Under the pieces are notes generated by a model, which was given only the letters and a program-made list of their open reading frames with translations, made no database searches and was not told where the DNA came from. Both the position numbers and the translations under genes were made by a program. Shown here piece by piece: positions 16,740 through 16,878 of a DNA stretch of 16,878 nucleotides (position 1 is its first letter; each line of letters opens with the position of its first letter). The DNA is taken from the NCBI GenBank assembly GCA_031372565.1, contig JANMLN010000062.1:1-16878 (forward strand), read 5' to 3'. Origin of the DNA: Gemmatimonadota bacterium. GTDB lineage: Bacteria > Gemmatimonadota > Gemmatimonadetes > Gemmatimonadales > Gemmatimonadaceae.

Positions 16740-16878
16740 GGCGGTCTCACATGGTCAGTGCAACACCTTTCGGACAGTCTACAATCGGAGGTGTTGTGAT
16801 GGGACGATACTGTTCGCGTTTGACGCGGGCCGAGCACGCGGCCGTGTGGGTCCGGTATCGCGCGGGTGAGCCGGTGAG
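16740..16878 (+). mobile_element. Left end of an IS30-family insertion sequence (partial)
   Basis: GGCGGTCTCACATGGTCAGTGCAACACC (16740-16767) matches, from memory, the GGCG...TGCAACA pattern of IS30-family (IS1086-like) ends. It is followed by a GGAGGT RBS and an ORF start. Confidence 0.72.
16799..16878 (+). CDS. IS30-family transposase N-terminus (truncated by window end)
   Basis: ATG at 16799 after GGAGGTG. MGRYCSRLTRAEHAAVWVRYRAGEPV resembles the first HTH (L..E...W.R...G) of IS30 transposases. Only 26 codons are visible. Confidence 0.62.
   Translation, partial: MGRYCSRLTRAEHAAVWVRYRAGEPV

Overview
GC-rich bacterial chromosomal window. Gene content and style suggest a Gemmatimonadota-like organism, but this is inference and not verified. 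Left to right: (1) a self-contained, translationally coupled cassette of four type IV prepilin-like genes (FimT/GspH-, PilV/GspI-, PilW/GspJ- and a large PilX/GspK-like protein), preceded by CRP-like boxes and followed by a hairpin terminator. (2) On the minus strand, a DEAD-box-like protein whose catalytic motifs are degenerate and whose tail is repetitive and Arg/Gly-rich, followed by thymidine kinase. (3) A long plus-strand run: class I/II PLP aminotransferase, tandem DUF2283-like protein, stand-alone Lrp/AsnC ligand-binding domain, then nurA-herA-mre11(sbcD)-rad50(sbcC) and a GNAT acetyltransferase. These four repair genes match the complete archaeal-type double-strand-break end-resection set, here contiguous in a bacterium, and are the most notable feature. 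(4) A REP-like palindrome apparently interrupted by the left end of an IS30-family element that runs off the window. All family calls come from motifs recognised by eye; no searches were run.
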